Part shown: in pieces, positions 27,777 through 37,452 of the stretch
Position numbering within the stretch: the stretch's first letter is position 1
How the letters are laid out: each line of letters opens with the position of its first letter
Program-made: the position numbers and the translations under genes
IMG/VR virus record: IMGVR_UViG_3300032325_000466
Location: 96,001-160,000 of that record
DNA: 64,000 nucleotides
Strand: one strand, 5' to 3'
Source: a virus
Notes under the pieces: model-generated
The model's input: only the letters and a program-made list of their open reading frames with translations
What the model was told of the DNA's origin: nothing
The model's database searches: none

Positions 27777-29123
27777 ATGACTATTAGCGCACTTTCAGAT
27801 TTTCGCAGTTACCCCATCTCTACTCTGCCCATTCGCATGAGTGAGGTAATCAATCCAACCAAAAAGCGTAAGCGTAGCAAAAAGTTTGAAAAATTGGTTG
27901 GCCCAACCGATCCCAAGATCGATGCACAAGCCCGCGAGCGTTTGGTTACTGCCCGTATTGGTCTGCTTCTACGCCATGCTTTCTTTGGCAATTTGGCTAC
28001 TAGGTTGACTCTCATCAATGCCGATGAGTGGTGCTCTACTGCTGCCACAGACGGTCAAAAATTCTACTACAATAGCCGCTTCATTATGATGCTGAAGGTC
28101 AAGGAAGTAGAATTCCTTGTAGGTCATGAAGTGCTGCATGTGGTCTATGATCATATGGATCGTAGAGTTGACCGTGATCCGCAGATTTGGAATATCGCAG
28201 TAGACTATGCGGTTAACGCGGACCTTAAACGGCATAGCGTTGGTCAGATGATTACCACGGTGCCCTGTTTGTATGAACTAAAATACGACGGCAAGCCTGC
28301 TGAGGAAATCTATGACGACCTCATGAAGAATGTTCAGAAAATCTCTATCGATGACCTTATCGATCAAATGGTCGACGACCATATGGAATCTGATGAAGAT
28401 GGCACCGGTGACGGCGAAGGTGATGAAGAAGGCAAAGGCAAGCGTCCCAAGATGTCTGCTGAAGAGCGCGAGCGGGTACGTCAGGAAGTAAAACAGGCTA
28501 TTATCAATGCTGCCAGCAGTGCTGAAGCAGGCACTATGCCCAAGGGTGTAGAGCGCATGATCAAGCAAATTACCAACCCAGTTATGCCCTGGCCCGAACT
28601 GATCCAAACTAATCTGACCAGTGCAATCAGGTCTGACTATTCATTTATGCGTCCCTCACGCCGCAGTTGGCACATGGATGCAATCATGCCCGGTACTAAT
28701 CCCGGTGAGGAAATTGATGTTCATATCGCTATCGATATGTCAGGCTCGATTGGTGCTGCACAGGCTCAAGTGTTTCTGGGTGAGATTGCTGGCATGATGG
28801 ACTCATTCGACGGTTACAAACTGCATGTATTTTGTTTCGATACCGAAATCTACAATCCTCAGAATTTTACTTCTGAGAATATGGATACGATTGATTCTTA
28901 TGTTCCGCAAGGTGGTGGCGGTACTGACTTTGATGTTATCTTTAGTTACCTAAAAGAAAACGCTATGGATCCCAAGCGACTGATTGTATTCACTGACGGG
29001 TATCCTTGCGGTAGCTGGGGAGATGCGAACTATTGCGACACTACTTGGATCATTCACGGCGACCCCGATCCTAGTCCCCCGTTTGGTCAGTATGCAATTT
29101 ACTCGGACCATAAGAAAGGTTGA
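27777..29123 (+). CDS. DUF2201-type putative metallopeptidase plus vWA-like domain protein (MoxR partner)
   Basis: TAATDG, HEVLH zinc motif, WNIAVDYAVN, MIDAS-type IDMSGSI, GGGGTDF, VFTDG. Confidence 0.82.
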   Translation: MTISALSDFRSYPISTLPIRMSEVINPTKKRKRSKKFEKLVGPTDPKIDAQARERLVTARIGLLLRHAFFGNLATRLTLINADEWCSTAATDGQKFYYNSRFIMMLKVKEVEFLVGHEVLHVVYDHMDRRVDRDPQIWNIAVDYAVNADLKRHSVGQMITTVPCLYELKYDGKPAEEIYDDLMKNVQKISIDDLIDQMVDDHMESDEDGTGDGEGDEEGKGKRPKMSAEERERVRQEVKQAIINAASSAEAGTMPKGVERMIKQITNPVMPWPELIQTNLTSAIRSDYSFMRPSRRSWHMDAIMPGTNPGEEIDVHIAIDMSGSIGAAQAQVFLGEIAGMMDSFDGYKLHVFCFDTEIYNPQNFTSENMDTIDSYVPQGGGGTDFDVIFSYLKENAMDPKRLIVFTDGYPCGSWGDANYCDTTWIIHGDPDPSPPFGQYAIYSDHKKG

Positions 29124-29130
29124 GTAGTAA

Positions 29131-29304
29131 ATGAGTGCTTATCGTACTATAAAGCTTCCAATAGTAACACCTGAAGATTCGATTATACCTAAATGGTATG
29201 ACTGGCTTGATATACTTAAAGCTGCCAATGATTCGCCTGCTCTTGCCAATACTATAAAACAAGCTGAGACAATTTATGCCCTCATCAAAGAAGAAAAAAC
29301 TTAA
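29131..29304 (+). CDS. Small hypothetical protein, 57 aa (missed by the ORF track)
   Basis: MSAYRTIKLPIVTPEDSIIPKWYDWLDILKAANDSPALANTIKQAETIYALIKEEKT fills the gap between two genes. Confidence 0.6.
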   Translation: MSAYRTIKLPIVTPEDSIIPKWYDWLDILKAANDSPALANTIKQAETIYALIKEEKT

Positions 29305-29659
29305 CCATTTTTTAGCAGTGTGGGATATGTATGGCTTAGAAAGCCTACATGATGTCCTTCATGCTAAAAAACTACACGATGAATGGGAAAAGGCCAAAGT
29401 TTTAGCTATTCTTAAAGAAGAAAAAATTCCTCCTGCCCCTAGGATTATTCCACTTAACGCATTGCTATTGCGAGCAAGGTATAATAGTCATCGCCACTAT
29501 GAAATTTATGAATTTGCTACTCCCTTTAGTTTTCAAGAAATAAAAAAAATGTTCGAAGAAGACCCGCAAACAATGGCCAATACTGTTAGAGAAGTTGGTT
29601 ACAAAATTCATTCTAATCGGCTAGATGCAGAGTATCTACATCTAACCGGCTATATGTAG
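29276..29659 (+). CDS. Hypothetical protein
   Basis: 127-aa ORF in a tightly packed operon. Confidence 0.65.
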   Translation: MPSSKKKKLNHFLAVWDMYGLESLHDVLHAKKLHDEWEKAKVLAILKEEKIPPAPRIIPLNALLLRARYNSHRHYEIYEFATPFSFQEIKKMFEEDPQTMANTVREVGYKIHSNRLDAEYLHLTGYM

Positions 29660-29675
29660 ATAAAAGGGTAATCGT

Positions 29676-30077
29676 ATGATACTGATTGGAACAAGTTTTG
29701 GTCGATGTATGGTGTCGATCCTTAAAGGTGAGGTGAGTGAACAAGATGTACTATTCATTGTTACAGGTACAATGTGCCCAGATAAAAAAGAATTCTTAGC
29801 TGTGGCTGAAACCTATTACCATAATGGTAATGGTAGTGTGTTTCAACCTGAACAATATAATGTCAATGGAATTGCAAGAGAAGCATACATGAGCTTGGCC
29901 AGTCATTTATATGATGCAGGCAAAATTCATCAGCCTAGAAACTTTGCATATGGTCATGGATTGGGAGGCAGCTACCATGAGGCTTGGCTACAAGTAGTTC
30001 CCACTAATGAAAACACTACACCTGCGGTTTTAGATGCATGGGAAAAATATAAAATGTTGGATAGCTTAACCAAATGA
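29676..30077 (+). CDS. Hypothetical protein
   Basis: 133-aa ORF; overlaps the next gene (ATGA). Confidence 0.65.
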   Translation: MILIGTSFGRCMVSILKGEVSEQDVLFIVTGTMCPDKKEFLAVAETYYHNGNGSVFQPEQYNVNGIAREAYMSLASHLYDAGKIHQPRNFAYGHGLGGSYHEAWLQVVPTNENTTPAVLDAWEKYKMLDSLTK

Positions 30078-30337
30078 CTGAAGAATATACACTTGATCCA
30101 CAAACATGGTTTAGCCAACGTGAATTACAATTCACTCCCACTCACTTTGTTCAAGCTACCACAAGGCTTACTGAAGTGTCCAAACAATGGGTACTGGATA
30201 AATTAAAAGGCAGATTTGTTGTTGTTACTACTGATGATACTTATTTCCTAACATTTATGACTGATGGTCATTCTTTGGGAAAAATCGCCTTTGAAGACCC
30301 ACAAGAAGCTATTCTTTACGAACTTACTTGGTCGTGA
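30074..30337 (+). CDS. Small protein of the 'F.D...A..F.L.W' C-terminal family
   Basis: Ends IAFEDPQEAILYELTWS. Confidence 0.6.
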   Translation: MTEEYTLDPQTWFSQRELQFTPTHFVQATTRLTEVSKQWVLDKLKGRFVVVTTDDTYFLTFMTDGHSLGKIAFEDPQEAILYELTWS

Positions 30338-30588
30338 TTCCAGCAAATTATGATGGTGGGAAAGGTTGGGAACACACTAATAGAGGTTGGTATGAGTACC
30401 ATGTTAAATTCTACGATGCAACCTCAAGCGCGGACCTAATAGGTAAAGAAGAAGAAATTGTCGAATGGCTTTATAAAAACATCGACAATCCTGAACGACA
30501 TGCAAGATGGGCACCATATGATGTAGGCATGCGGGTAAAGTTTAGATTTGAAAAAGACGCACTCATGTTTGCACTGAGGTGGTTGTAA
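30328..30588 (+). CDS. Small protein of the 'F.D...A..F.L.W' C-terminal family
   Basis: Ends FRFEKDALMFALRWL. Confidence 0.6.
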   Translation: MVVIPANYDGGKGWEHTNRGWYEYHVKFYDATSSADLIGKEEEIVEWLYKNIDNPERHARWAPYDVGMRVKFRFEKDALMFALRWL

Positions 30589-30652
30589 GAAAAAATTACT
30601 ATCACGCTGTTCTCTGTTAAATATCATCATATAAACACAAGGAGAACCGAAC

Positions 30653-31330
30653 ATGAATTTCTTACGACATATTGGAAAACACGGCGACCGCAAAGTTGCA
30701 GTAGTATTCCGCGAAGTACCAGGCGAGCCCCATATGTGCTTAGTCACATACACTGAGTTATTGGGCACAAATGTACATGACCCGATCATTAGTTGTATTG
30801 AAAGTGATATCGGTCAGCACAGCGAAAACTTAGCAGACGCACTAAACAGGTCATTTACCAAAGATGGCCGCCCTATCTTACAAGTTCTACACATGGAAGG
30901 TCAGTTAAAGAAAGTACAGACCTCACAGATCATAATGACTCCAGCTCCAAACACTAAAATCAAATTAGAAGAGTTAAACACTATTCTTAATGAAATGAAA
31001 CAAGGTGAAGAAGCAGTCAAGCGTTTAGCAGAAATGGACAAGAGCCGCGGCATACAAGATCCTGCTGATGTTATTCGTAGAATGCGTGGCCCACAGAACC
31101 AACCATTAGAATCAACAGGTGATGCTCTAGGTGATGCAGCTATTGCTAAACAGCGTATGGAACAAGCACACAAAATGGAACGGGAAGCTAAAGGGTTACT
31201 GGCTGAGGCACAGCGTTTAATTACCGAAGCACAATCATTAGACCCTTCATTAACCGCGCAGCCAGCACCAGTTGTAACAGAAGCTGCACCGGCTAAAGTA
31301 AGAAAAACCCGAGCTAAAGTTAGTACATAA
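30653..31330 (+). CDS. Conserved phage hypothetical protein
   Basis: 225 aa, GGAG RBS, C-terminal coiled coil and basic tail. Confidence 0.7.
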   Translation: MNFLRHIGKHGDRKVAVVFREVPGEPHMCLVTYTELLGTNVHDPIISCIESDIGQHSENLADALNRSFTKDGRPILQVLHMEGQLKKVQTSQIIMTPAPNTKIKLEELNTILNEMKQGEEAVKRLAEMDKSRGIQDPADVIRRMRGPQNQPLESTGDALGDAAIAKQRMEQAHKMEREAKGLLAEAQRLITEAQSLDPSLTAQPAPVVTEAAPAKVRKTRAKVST

Positions 31331-31626
31331 TGTCTCCTGATTTTTTTGACAAATGGGAACACATCCTTGAGGATGTTGAAAAAAGTAGAATACCTATTCA
31401 ATTTATAAAGAAGTTGGTTTTAAAGCTAGAAGGCAAAAAACAACAAACTATAAATATACAGAAATTTTTATCTCAAGGATTAGACCCCGATCAAGTAGAA
31501 GAAGCTATTAGCCGTAAATTGGATGAAATGGATCATATCATAGTTAGTATAGAATTCATTTTAAACATTGAAACTATAGCTGAAATTGTTCAACCTGAAA
31601 CGGACAAGCTTCTCCAAAAGTTATGA
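31330..31626 (+). CDS. Hypothetical protein
   Basis: 98-aa ORF translationally coupled to its neighbours. Confidence 0.65.
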   Translation: MSPDFFDKWEHILEDVEKSRIPIQFIKKLVLKLEGKKQQTINIQKFLSQGLDPDQVEEAISRKLDEMDHIIVSIEFILNIETIAEIVQPETDKLLQKL

Positions 31627-32285
31627 AAGCGGTAGTAGCCTGCGATCCTAACGGGGGCATTGGATATCAAAACAAATTACCTTGGACTCAACTTCAAGGT
31701 GATTTGCCTAGATTTAAATCTCTTACTGAAGGCCAAGTAATCGTAATGGGTAGAAATACTTGGGAAAGTTTGCCCAAGAAACCCTTACCTAATAGATTGA
31801 ATATCGTAGTCAGTTCTAAAAAATTAGATTTACCTGCTGGTGCAATTGCAACAAATAACATAGAGCATTTTGCACATTTCAAAAATGCTTGGTTAATAGG
31901 TGGTAGTCAGTTGATTAGCAGTTGTTGGCATTTGATTGATGAGATACATCTTTCAAGGACCATTGCCCGTTACACTTGCGATACTTTCATAAACCTGATA
32001 TCATTAGAAAATGATTTTAGACTATTTTTAAAAGATCCTACCCCAGTTGATCATCAATATGAGATATGGAAAAAGAAAGTGAACCAACAAATATTTCAAA
32101 AAGAAGAAAAATGTAGTTGTGAAACTTGTATGCTAAATCCACCTTTTGGTGGTCGTATGCGTTTTATTGTATGTAGCAAATGCGGCAATAAAAGATGCCC
32201 ACATGCTACTAATCATATCTACGAATGCACTAACAGCAATGAACCTGGGCAAAAAGGTAGCAGTTGGGAGAACTATAAATTATGA
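31623..32285 (+). CDS. folA: Dihydrofolate reductase with a C-terminal Cys/His-rich extension
   Basis: GGIGYQNKLPW, DLPRFK, VIVMGRNTWESLP..PLPNRLNIVVS, IGG, CDTF; extra CxxC..CxxCGNKRCPHA domain. Confidence 0.9.
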   Translation: MKAVVACDPNGGIGYQNKLPWTQLQGDLPRFKSLTEGQVIVMGRNTWESLPKKPLPNRLNIVVSSKKLDLPAGAIATNNIEHFAHFKNAWLIGGSQLISSCWHLIDEIHLSRTIARYTCDTFINLISLENDFRLFLKDPTPVDHQYEIWKKKVNQQIFQKEEKCSCETCMLNPPFGGRMRFIVCSKCGNKRCPHATNHIYECTNSNEPGQKGSSWENYKL

Positions 32286-32527
32286 ACAAACGAATCCTTG
32301 AACTTGCTAAGAAGGCGGGCTTTGAAGATGGTCACCAAGATCGTTATGGTAACTCATTATCATATGACCTAGAAAAGTTCGCTGCGCTAATTGCCCAAGA
32401 CTGTGCTGAACTACTTGATACCAGCCGACTGAATACTCCCTCGGATCATTGGGGTTTTGTAGCTAGGATATGGACTCTACAAGAAGCAGCCAAGATTATT
32501 CGCAATCATTTTGGAGTTAGTAAATGA
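32282..32527 (+). CDS. Hypothetical protein (MN.RI..LA...LEKFA.LI..C family)
   Basis: Paralog of the next ORF; both end HFGV. Confidence 0.65.
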   Translation: MNKRILELAKKAGFEDGHQDRYGNSLSYDLEKFAALIAQDCAELLDTSRLNTPSDHWGFVARIWTLQEAAKIIRNHFGVSK

Positions 32528-32739
32528 ACGAACGAATTCGCGACCTTGCCAAAGATTGTGATTTGGATTGGCATAGACATTGGAATGACGACAACAGCAA
32601 TCGGTTAGAAAAGTTCGCCGAGCTTATTGTCAGGGAATGCGTTGCTCAGTGCGAGAAAAATGCCGAGCATACATATTTGGGACTTGGCAGTAAGTTGAGT
32701 GCGTTTAATATTAAAGAACATTTTGGAGTTGATGAATGA
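32524..32739 (+). CDS. Hypothetical protein (MN.RI..LA...LEKFA.LI..C family)
   Basis: Paralog of the previous ORF. Confidence 0.65.
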   Translation: MNERIRDLAKDCDLDWHRHWNDDNSNRLEKFAELIVRECVAQCEKNAEHTYLGLGSKLSAFNIKEHFGVDE

Positions 32740-33581
32740 AAGCATACCATGACTTGCTAAGTGAAGTATTAGCTAACGGAGAAGAAAAAGATGACAGGAC
32801 TGGCGTTGGAACTATTAGTGTGTTTGGACCTAGTATTCGCACTGATTTGCGTAGGGGCTTTCCCGCTATCACTACTAAAAAACTGGCTTGGAAAGCTGTA
32901 GTAGGTGAACTACTTTGGTTCATTGAAGGTTCTAGTGATGAGCGCAGATTAGCAGAAATCACACATGGTACTAGAGATGGCGTCACAACAATTTGGACTC
33001 CAAATGCACTTGCACCTTATTGGAAACCTAAGGCTCAGTATGAGGGTGACCTAGGTAGGATTTACGGTGTGCAATGGCGTAGTTGGGGTCCTAGAATTGG
33101 GCCACATATTGACCAACTCAAAAATCTTATCGAGGGTATAAAAAAAGATCCCAATAGTCGTAGGCATATACTTACAGCTTGGAACCCAGGTGAGTTAGAT
33201 CAAATGGCACTACCACCATGCCACATTATGTCTCAGTTCTATGTAAATAAAAATCGTGAATTGAGTTGCCATATGTACCAACGATCCGCGGATTTATTTT
33301 TAGGTCTACCCTTTAATATTGCCAGCTATGCTCTATTAACACACATGATTGCTCAAGTATGCGAATTGAAAGTTGGCGAACTAATCATAAGCATGGGTGA
33401 CGCTCATATCTATAAAGATCATGTTGACCAAGTTAAAGAACAGCTAACCAGAGAACCACTGCCAAGCCCTAGACTATATCTTAACTATGACAAAAAAACA
33501 ATTGATGAATTTACAATGGCAGATATCGTGTTAGATGAGTATAAAAGTCACGGTGCTATTAGCGCAAGAATGGCTGTGTAA
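32736..33581 (+). CDS. thyA: Thymidylate synthase
   Basis: DRTGVGT, LGRIYGVQWR, SRRHILTAWNP, ALPPCH, YQRSADLFLGLPFNIASY. No intron is apparent. Confidence 0.97.
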   Translation: MKAYHDLLSEVLANGEEKDDRTGVGTISVFGPSIRTDLRRGFPAITTKKLAWKAVVGELLWFIEGSSDERRLAEITHGTRDGVTTIWTPNALAPYWKPKAQYEGDLGRIYGVQWRSWGPRIGPHIDQLKNLIEGIKKDPNSRRHILTAWNPGELDQMALPPCHIMSQFYVNKNRELSCHMYQRSADLFLGLPFNIASYALLTHMIAQVCELKVGELIISMGDAHIYKDHVDQVKEQLTREPLPSPRLYLNYDKKTIDEFTMADIVLDEYKSHGAISARMAV

Positions 33582-33842
33582 ATGAATGTGAATGAAGGTA
33601 AGTATGTATCTACACCAGTGCATTCTTTTAGAATGAGCGATGTAGAAGATTTTGAAATATATGCTTATCAAATTATACAAGAATGGAAAAATACCGAAGA
33701 AGGTCAATGGATAATAGAGAATGCAGTAGAACCTCCCCATTGGGAAAATATGATTGACCATGAAACATATGGCTATAAATGCACGATAGTAGCTAAGTTT
33801 TTAGAAGTAAATTACTTATATTGGAAGTTGAGGTTTAGATGA
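33582..33842 (+). CDS. Hypothetical small protein
   Basis: 86 aa, ends YLYWKLRFR. Confidence 0.6.
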   Translation: MNVNEGKYVSTPVHSFRMSDVEDFEIYAYQIIQEWKNTEEGQWIIENAVEPPHWENMIDHETYGYKCTIVAKFLEVNYLYWKLRFR

Positions 33843-34582
33843 AACACGCATTTATGATTACAAGCGCAATTAATGTTGATATGGGAGTATTTACCCCAAT
33901 AGATCGCTTACGGCAAACTCTACTTACGATAAACAGTATCAAAGCAAAAGTACCTGATGCTAAAATAATACTTATTGAAAGTGCTCCCAATCCATTGAAC
34001 GATAGACAAAATGCTATGCTATTAGATGCTACCGATCTATTGATAGACTGTACTGATGATACTGAAGTTAAAGAAATATACGCAACTAAAGAATGGGCGT
34101 TAGCTAACAATTCTAAATTTACTAGTCAAGATATAATCAAAAATCTAATAGAACCTATATGTTTCTTAACCGCATTAAAAATTTGTGTAGAAGATAATGA
34201 TTTTAATGGGATAGATAGAGTACATAAAATATCCGGCAGATACATAATAAATGACAATTTTAAATTAAGTAGGTATGAATTATTGCCCGATAGAATAATC
34301 ATTGCAAACAGACAAAAATCACAGTTCCCACTTTTCGTTAATGGAATAGATACACAATATATGTCTAGGTTATGGTCTTGGCCTACTAAAGAAACAGACA
34401 AAATTATTAATACCTACACAGAAGGATTGACCTTTATTAAAAAATGCATTAATAGTGGGCAAGCATATTGTGATATGGAACATATGCTTTATAAATTCTT
34501 ACCCCCTAACCTAATCACAGAGTTTGCTAAGATAGGTGTAGAAGGAGGTCTAGCTCCCAATGGATCGGTAGTAAGTGATTAA
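33839..34582 (+). CDS. Hypothetical protein, possibly glycosyltransferase-like
   Basis: ITSAI...RLRQTL.TI.SI..K.P...IILIE and KISGRY pattern. Confidence 0.4.
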   Translation: MKHAFMITSAINVDMGVFTPIDRLRQTLLTINSIKAKVPDAKIILIESAPNPLNDRQNAMLLDATDLLIDCTDDTEVKEIYATKEWALANNSKFTSQDIIKNLIEPICFLTALKICVEDNDFNGIDRVHKISGRYIINDNFKLSRYELLPDRIIIANRQKSQFPLFVNGIDTQYMSRLWSWPTKETDKIINTYTEGLTFIKKCINSGQAYCDMEHMLYKFLPPNLITEFAKIGVEGGLAPNGSVVSD

Positions 34583-34607
34583 AACGATTTTATAGATAAA
34601 TAAGTGT

Positions 34608-35126
34608 ATGTGGTTACTATCTTTTATAACCGAATGGATGACTCATGCAATTCTTGCTGTGGGTATTATATTGGTTATAGTGGGATTCGTATTAGATTTT
34701 ATTCCCTTTGTAAAACCCTATCAATTAGCTTGCCAAGTTATAGGCATAATTATGCTTGGATTTGGTCTGTACTCTGAAGGTAAGTTAGCAGAATCACAGT
34801 CTTGGGATGCTAAAATAAAAGACTTGGAAGTTAAATTAGCTGAGGCGGAAGTTAGAGCAGCCAATGTTAATACTGAAATAGTAACACAAACAGTAACAAA
34901 AAAACAAATTATAAAAGAAAAGGGTGAGGATGTAATAAAATATATCGACCGAGAAGTTGTAAAATACGACAATACTTGCCCTATACCTCAATCTGTAATC
35001 AAAGCACACAATGCAGCCGCACAAAATAAAAAAGTAGATGAAGATGTTATCGTTACTACAGATACTCCTATCACTACACAAGATCACAATGCTGCTACAA
35101 AGCCACCAATAAAACTAACCAAATGA
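34608..35126 (+). CDS. Putative inner-membrane spanin (Rz-like)
   Basis: N-terminal TM segments, coiled coil and C-terminal C.IP; adjacent to a lipoprotein gene. Confidence 0.7.
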   Translation: MWLLSFITEWMTHAILAVGIILVIVGFVLDFIPFVKPYQLACQVIGIIMLGFGLYSEGKLAESQSWDAKIKDLEVKLAEAEVRAANVNTEIVTQTVTKKQIIKEKGEDVIKYIDREVVKYDNTCPIPQSVIKAHNAAAQNKKVDEDVIVTTDTPITTQDHNAATKPPIKLTK

Positions 35127-35392
35127 AAAATATACTACTATTTTGTGCAGTTATGTTACTTGCTGGATGCCATACTATCCCTATCACACAAAAATTTCCT
35201 GACGCACCTGCAATTTTAATGGATAAATGCCAACCACTAGAAACACTTGACAAGCCCACTGTTTATCTAAGTGAATTGATGACTACAGTTACCAATAATT
35301 ATACAAAATATCACATTTGCGCTAACCAAGTCGAATCTTGGCAAGATTGGTATAACAAACAAAAAGCAATATACGATAAGATAAACAAATAG
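35123..35392 (+). CDS. Putative outer-membrane lipoprotein spanin (Rz1-like)
   Basis: Lipobox LLAGC, Pro-rich segment, NYTKYH.C...W..WY..QK. Confidence 0.75.
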   Translation: MKNILLFCAVMLLAGCHTIPITQKFPDAPAILMDKCQPLETLDKPTVYLSELMTTVTNNYTKYHICANQVESWQDWYNKQKAIYDKINK

Positions 35393-35428
35393 AAACCAGA
35401 TAAATAGATTATAATCTCGGGATTCTAT

Positions 35429-35959
35429 ATGGCACAAGAAATTATTAATATTGGCGCGCAAGCGAATGACGGTGAAGGTGACCCCCTACGCACGGCCTTT
35501 ACTAAAGTAAATAACAACTTTACTCAGTTATTTGCTACTGCATATAATACTGCTGAAGTAATCACTTACGGGAATACTGCTCAAGAGATTTTTAGTATCT
35601 CTGCAAATGCTTTTACTCAAGGCATATTTCAAATTAACTCAGTTGCCGCTAATACATCAGATAGTCAAAACATCACTATAACTGCTGCTATTAAAGATGA
35701 CCAAACAGGAGTAAAATACACTGGCCACAGCGCACTATTTAATGGTAATGCTATAACTCAATACAGCATGATAGTAGCAGATAGTAATGTAATACTGTTA
35801 GTTAATCCCTTTATAACAGGTCAAATGATCAACTTTATAAACTATCAAGTAACTTATAATAATGCAGTTCCTGGAATGAGTTTAGCACTAAATCAATCTC
35901 CTACAAATGTTCTAGGAACAGAATATCTACAACCTATTACTACTCAGCAGGCGTCATGA
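35429..35959 (+). CDS. Virion structural protein (baseplate/tail-fiber-type N-terminus)
   Basis: INIG..ANDGEGDPLRTAFTKVN.NF.QL motif typical of T4 gp9/gp10-like N-termini. Confidence 0.7.
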   Translation: MAQEIINIGAQANDGEGDPLRTAFTKVNNNFTQLFATAYNTAEVITYGNTAQEIFSISANAFTQGIFQINSVAANTSDSQNITITAAIKDDQTGVKYTGHSALFNGNAITQYSMIVADSNVILLVNPFITGQMINFINYQVTYNNAVPGMSLALNQSPTNVLGTEYLQPITTQQAS

Positions 35960-36330
35960 GAGCTAAAGAGTTTATAACTGAACAAAACAAGTTACCTGAT
36001 CGAATTACCAATCCATTACCTGCTACTTGGGTAATACCAGAGTTACAAAATCAAAATGCATATTTACAATATAGATTTTCTGTGGCATTGGCCGGTGCAC
36101 GAGCGGCTCGCAACGGCGATATACCTAAAATAGATAAAGATACGGTTTGGGGAGAAAATCAAATCGTATCAGGCTACATGAATCCAGATATAGAAGAAGA
36201 TATTGACTTTGCTTTAGGTGAAATGGGCCTTAAAGGTAAATTATTAGTCACTAGTAAAGAAAGTGAAGAAACAAGTGATACCGATATCCACAGTCCTTTA
36301 AATCCTTTTGCGGGATACAAAAGAAAATGA
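35956..36330 (+). CDS. Putative internal head protein (MRAKEFITE start)
   Basis: CTS-like N-terminus; paralog of the next ORF. Confidence 0.6.
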   Translation: MRAKEFITEQNKLPDRITNPLPATWVIPELQNQNAYLQYRFSVALAGARAARNGDIPKIDKDTVWGENQIVSGYMNPDIEEDIDFALGEMGLKGKLLVTSKESEETSDTDIHSPLNPFAGYKRK

Positions 36331-36704
36331 GAGCCAGTGAATTTATAACTGAAGCTAAGATGGGTAAAATATCCAAACATCAACAACAACCTACCCGCGG
36401 GTTAAATATTTTTACAAAGAAAATGGATACTTATGATAAGCTATATGATTTAAATCGTTTAATGATGGCTGTCGCAAGTAGCGATGGTATAAACCCAATA
36501 GAAATGCCTGCTGAAAGTTGGGTAGGTAAACACAACACGGCACATGCTTACACTAAAGAAGAACAAGCTATGCTTAATATGGCATATAAAGCGGCTGGCT
36601 TAGAGTATATAGATTTAAATAATGGTGATTTAGATAGCGAAGAACTATCTGATACAAATACTCAAAGTATAGTAAAACCATTTAAAGGCTATAAGAAAAA
36701 ATAA
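36327..36704 (+). CDS. Putative internal head protein (MRASEFITE start)
   Basis: CTS-like N-terminus; C-terminal SEE.SDT...S...PF.GYK.K shared with the previous ORF. Confidence 0.6.
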   Translation: MRASEFITEAKMGKISKHQQQPTRGLNIFTKKMDTYDKLYDLNRLMMAVASSDGINPIEMPAESWVGKHNTAHAYTKEEQAMLNMAYKAAGLEYIDLNNGDLDSEELSDTNTQSIVKPFKGYKKK

Positions 36705-36758
36705 TATAGCAACAATCATTTAGAATAAGTAATCTTATATAACTTATAGGATATTCAG

Positions 36759-37451
36759 ATGATTGATATTAACAACACCCTTGATTTAGTAAAGTTAAAA
36801 CTCTATAACGAATGGCTTTATACAGCACATATTTACGAAGAAGGTGATAGTCCCTTTCATAAGGATCTTACTTCACAAATCGTAAAACAATATATCGACC
36901 CAATTAATCTTAAAAAAGATGCTAAGATTTTAGACTTAGGCTGCGGCCCAGGCTATTTCTTAGATGAAATGAAAGCACGTGGATATACTGATTTAACTGG
37001 AGTTACGCTATCACCCGGCGATATCAAAATATGTGAAGATAAAGGCCATGCAGTTAAGCCATATGATCTAACTTTCTTACCACAAAAAGATGGTTACTAT
37101 GATGAAAGCGTTGATTTTATCTTTCTACGCCACGCCCTAGAACATAGCCCATATCCTATCTTTAGTTTAATGGAATACAATCGCGTTCTAACACAATATG
37201 GTAAGCTTTATATTGAAGTGCCTGCCCCAGGTGGCGAACGAAATCACGAGGCAAATCTAAATCACTATAGTATTTTTGGTGAGACTATGTTAGCTGCACT
37301 GCTAGACCGAACTGGCTTTAATATCGATGTGTTTAATAACTTAGACTTCGATGTTAAAACTGAACCCGATGCAAATGGAGTTGAAAAAGTATTTCACGAA
37401 AAATACTACTGCATCGTCGCTACTAAGCAGCGCCCACTAGATATAAAATAA
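36759..37451 (+). CDS. Class I SAM-dependent methyltransferase
   Basis: KILDLGCGPG, VDFIFLRHALEHSPYP...L.EYNRVL...GKLYIEVP. Confidence 0.85.
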   Translation: MIDINNTLDLVKLKLYNEWLYTAHIYEEGDSPFHKDLTSQIVKQYIDPINLKKDAKILDLGCGPGYFLDEMKARGYTDLTGVTLSPGDIKICEDKGHAVKPYDLTFLPQKDGYYDESVDFIFLRHALEHSPYPIFSLMEYNRVLTQYGKLYIEVPAPGGERNHEANLNHYSIFGETMLAALLDRTGFNIDVFNNLDFDVKTEPDANGVEKVFHEKYYCIVATKQRPLDIK

Positions 37452-37452
37452 A

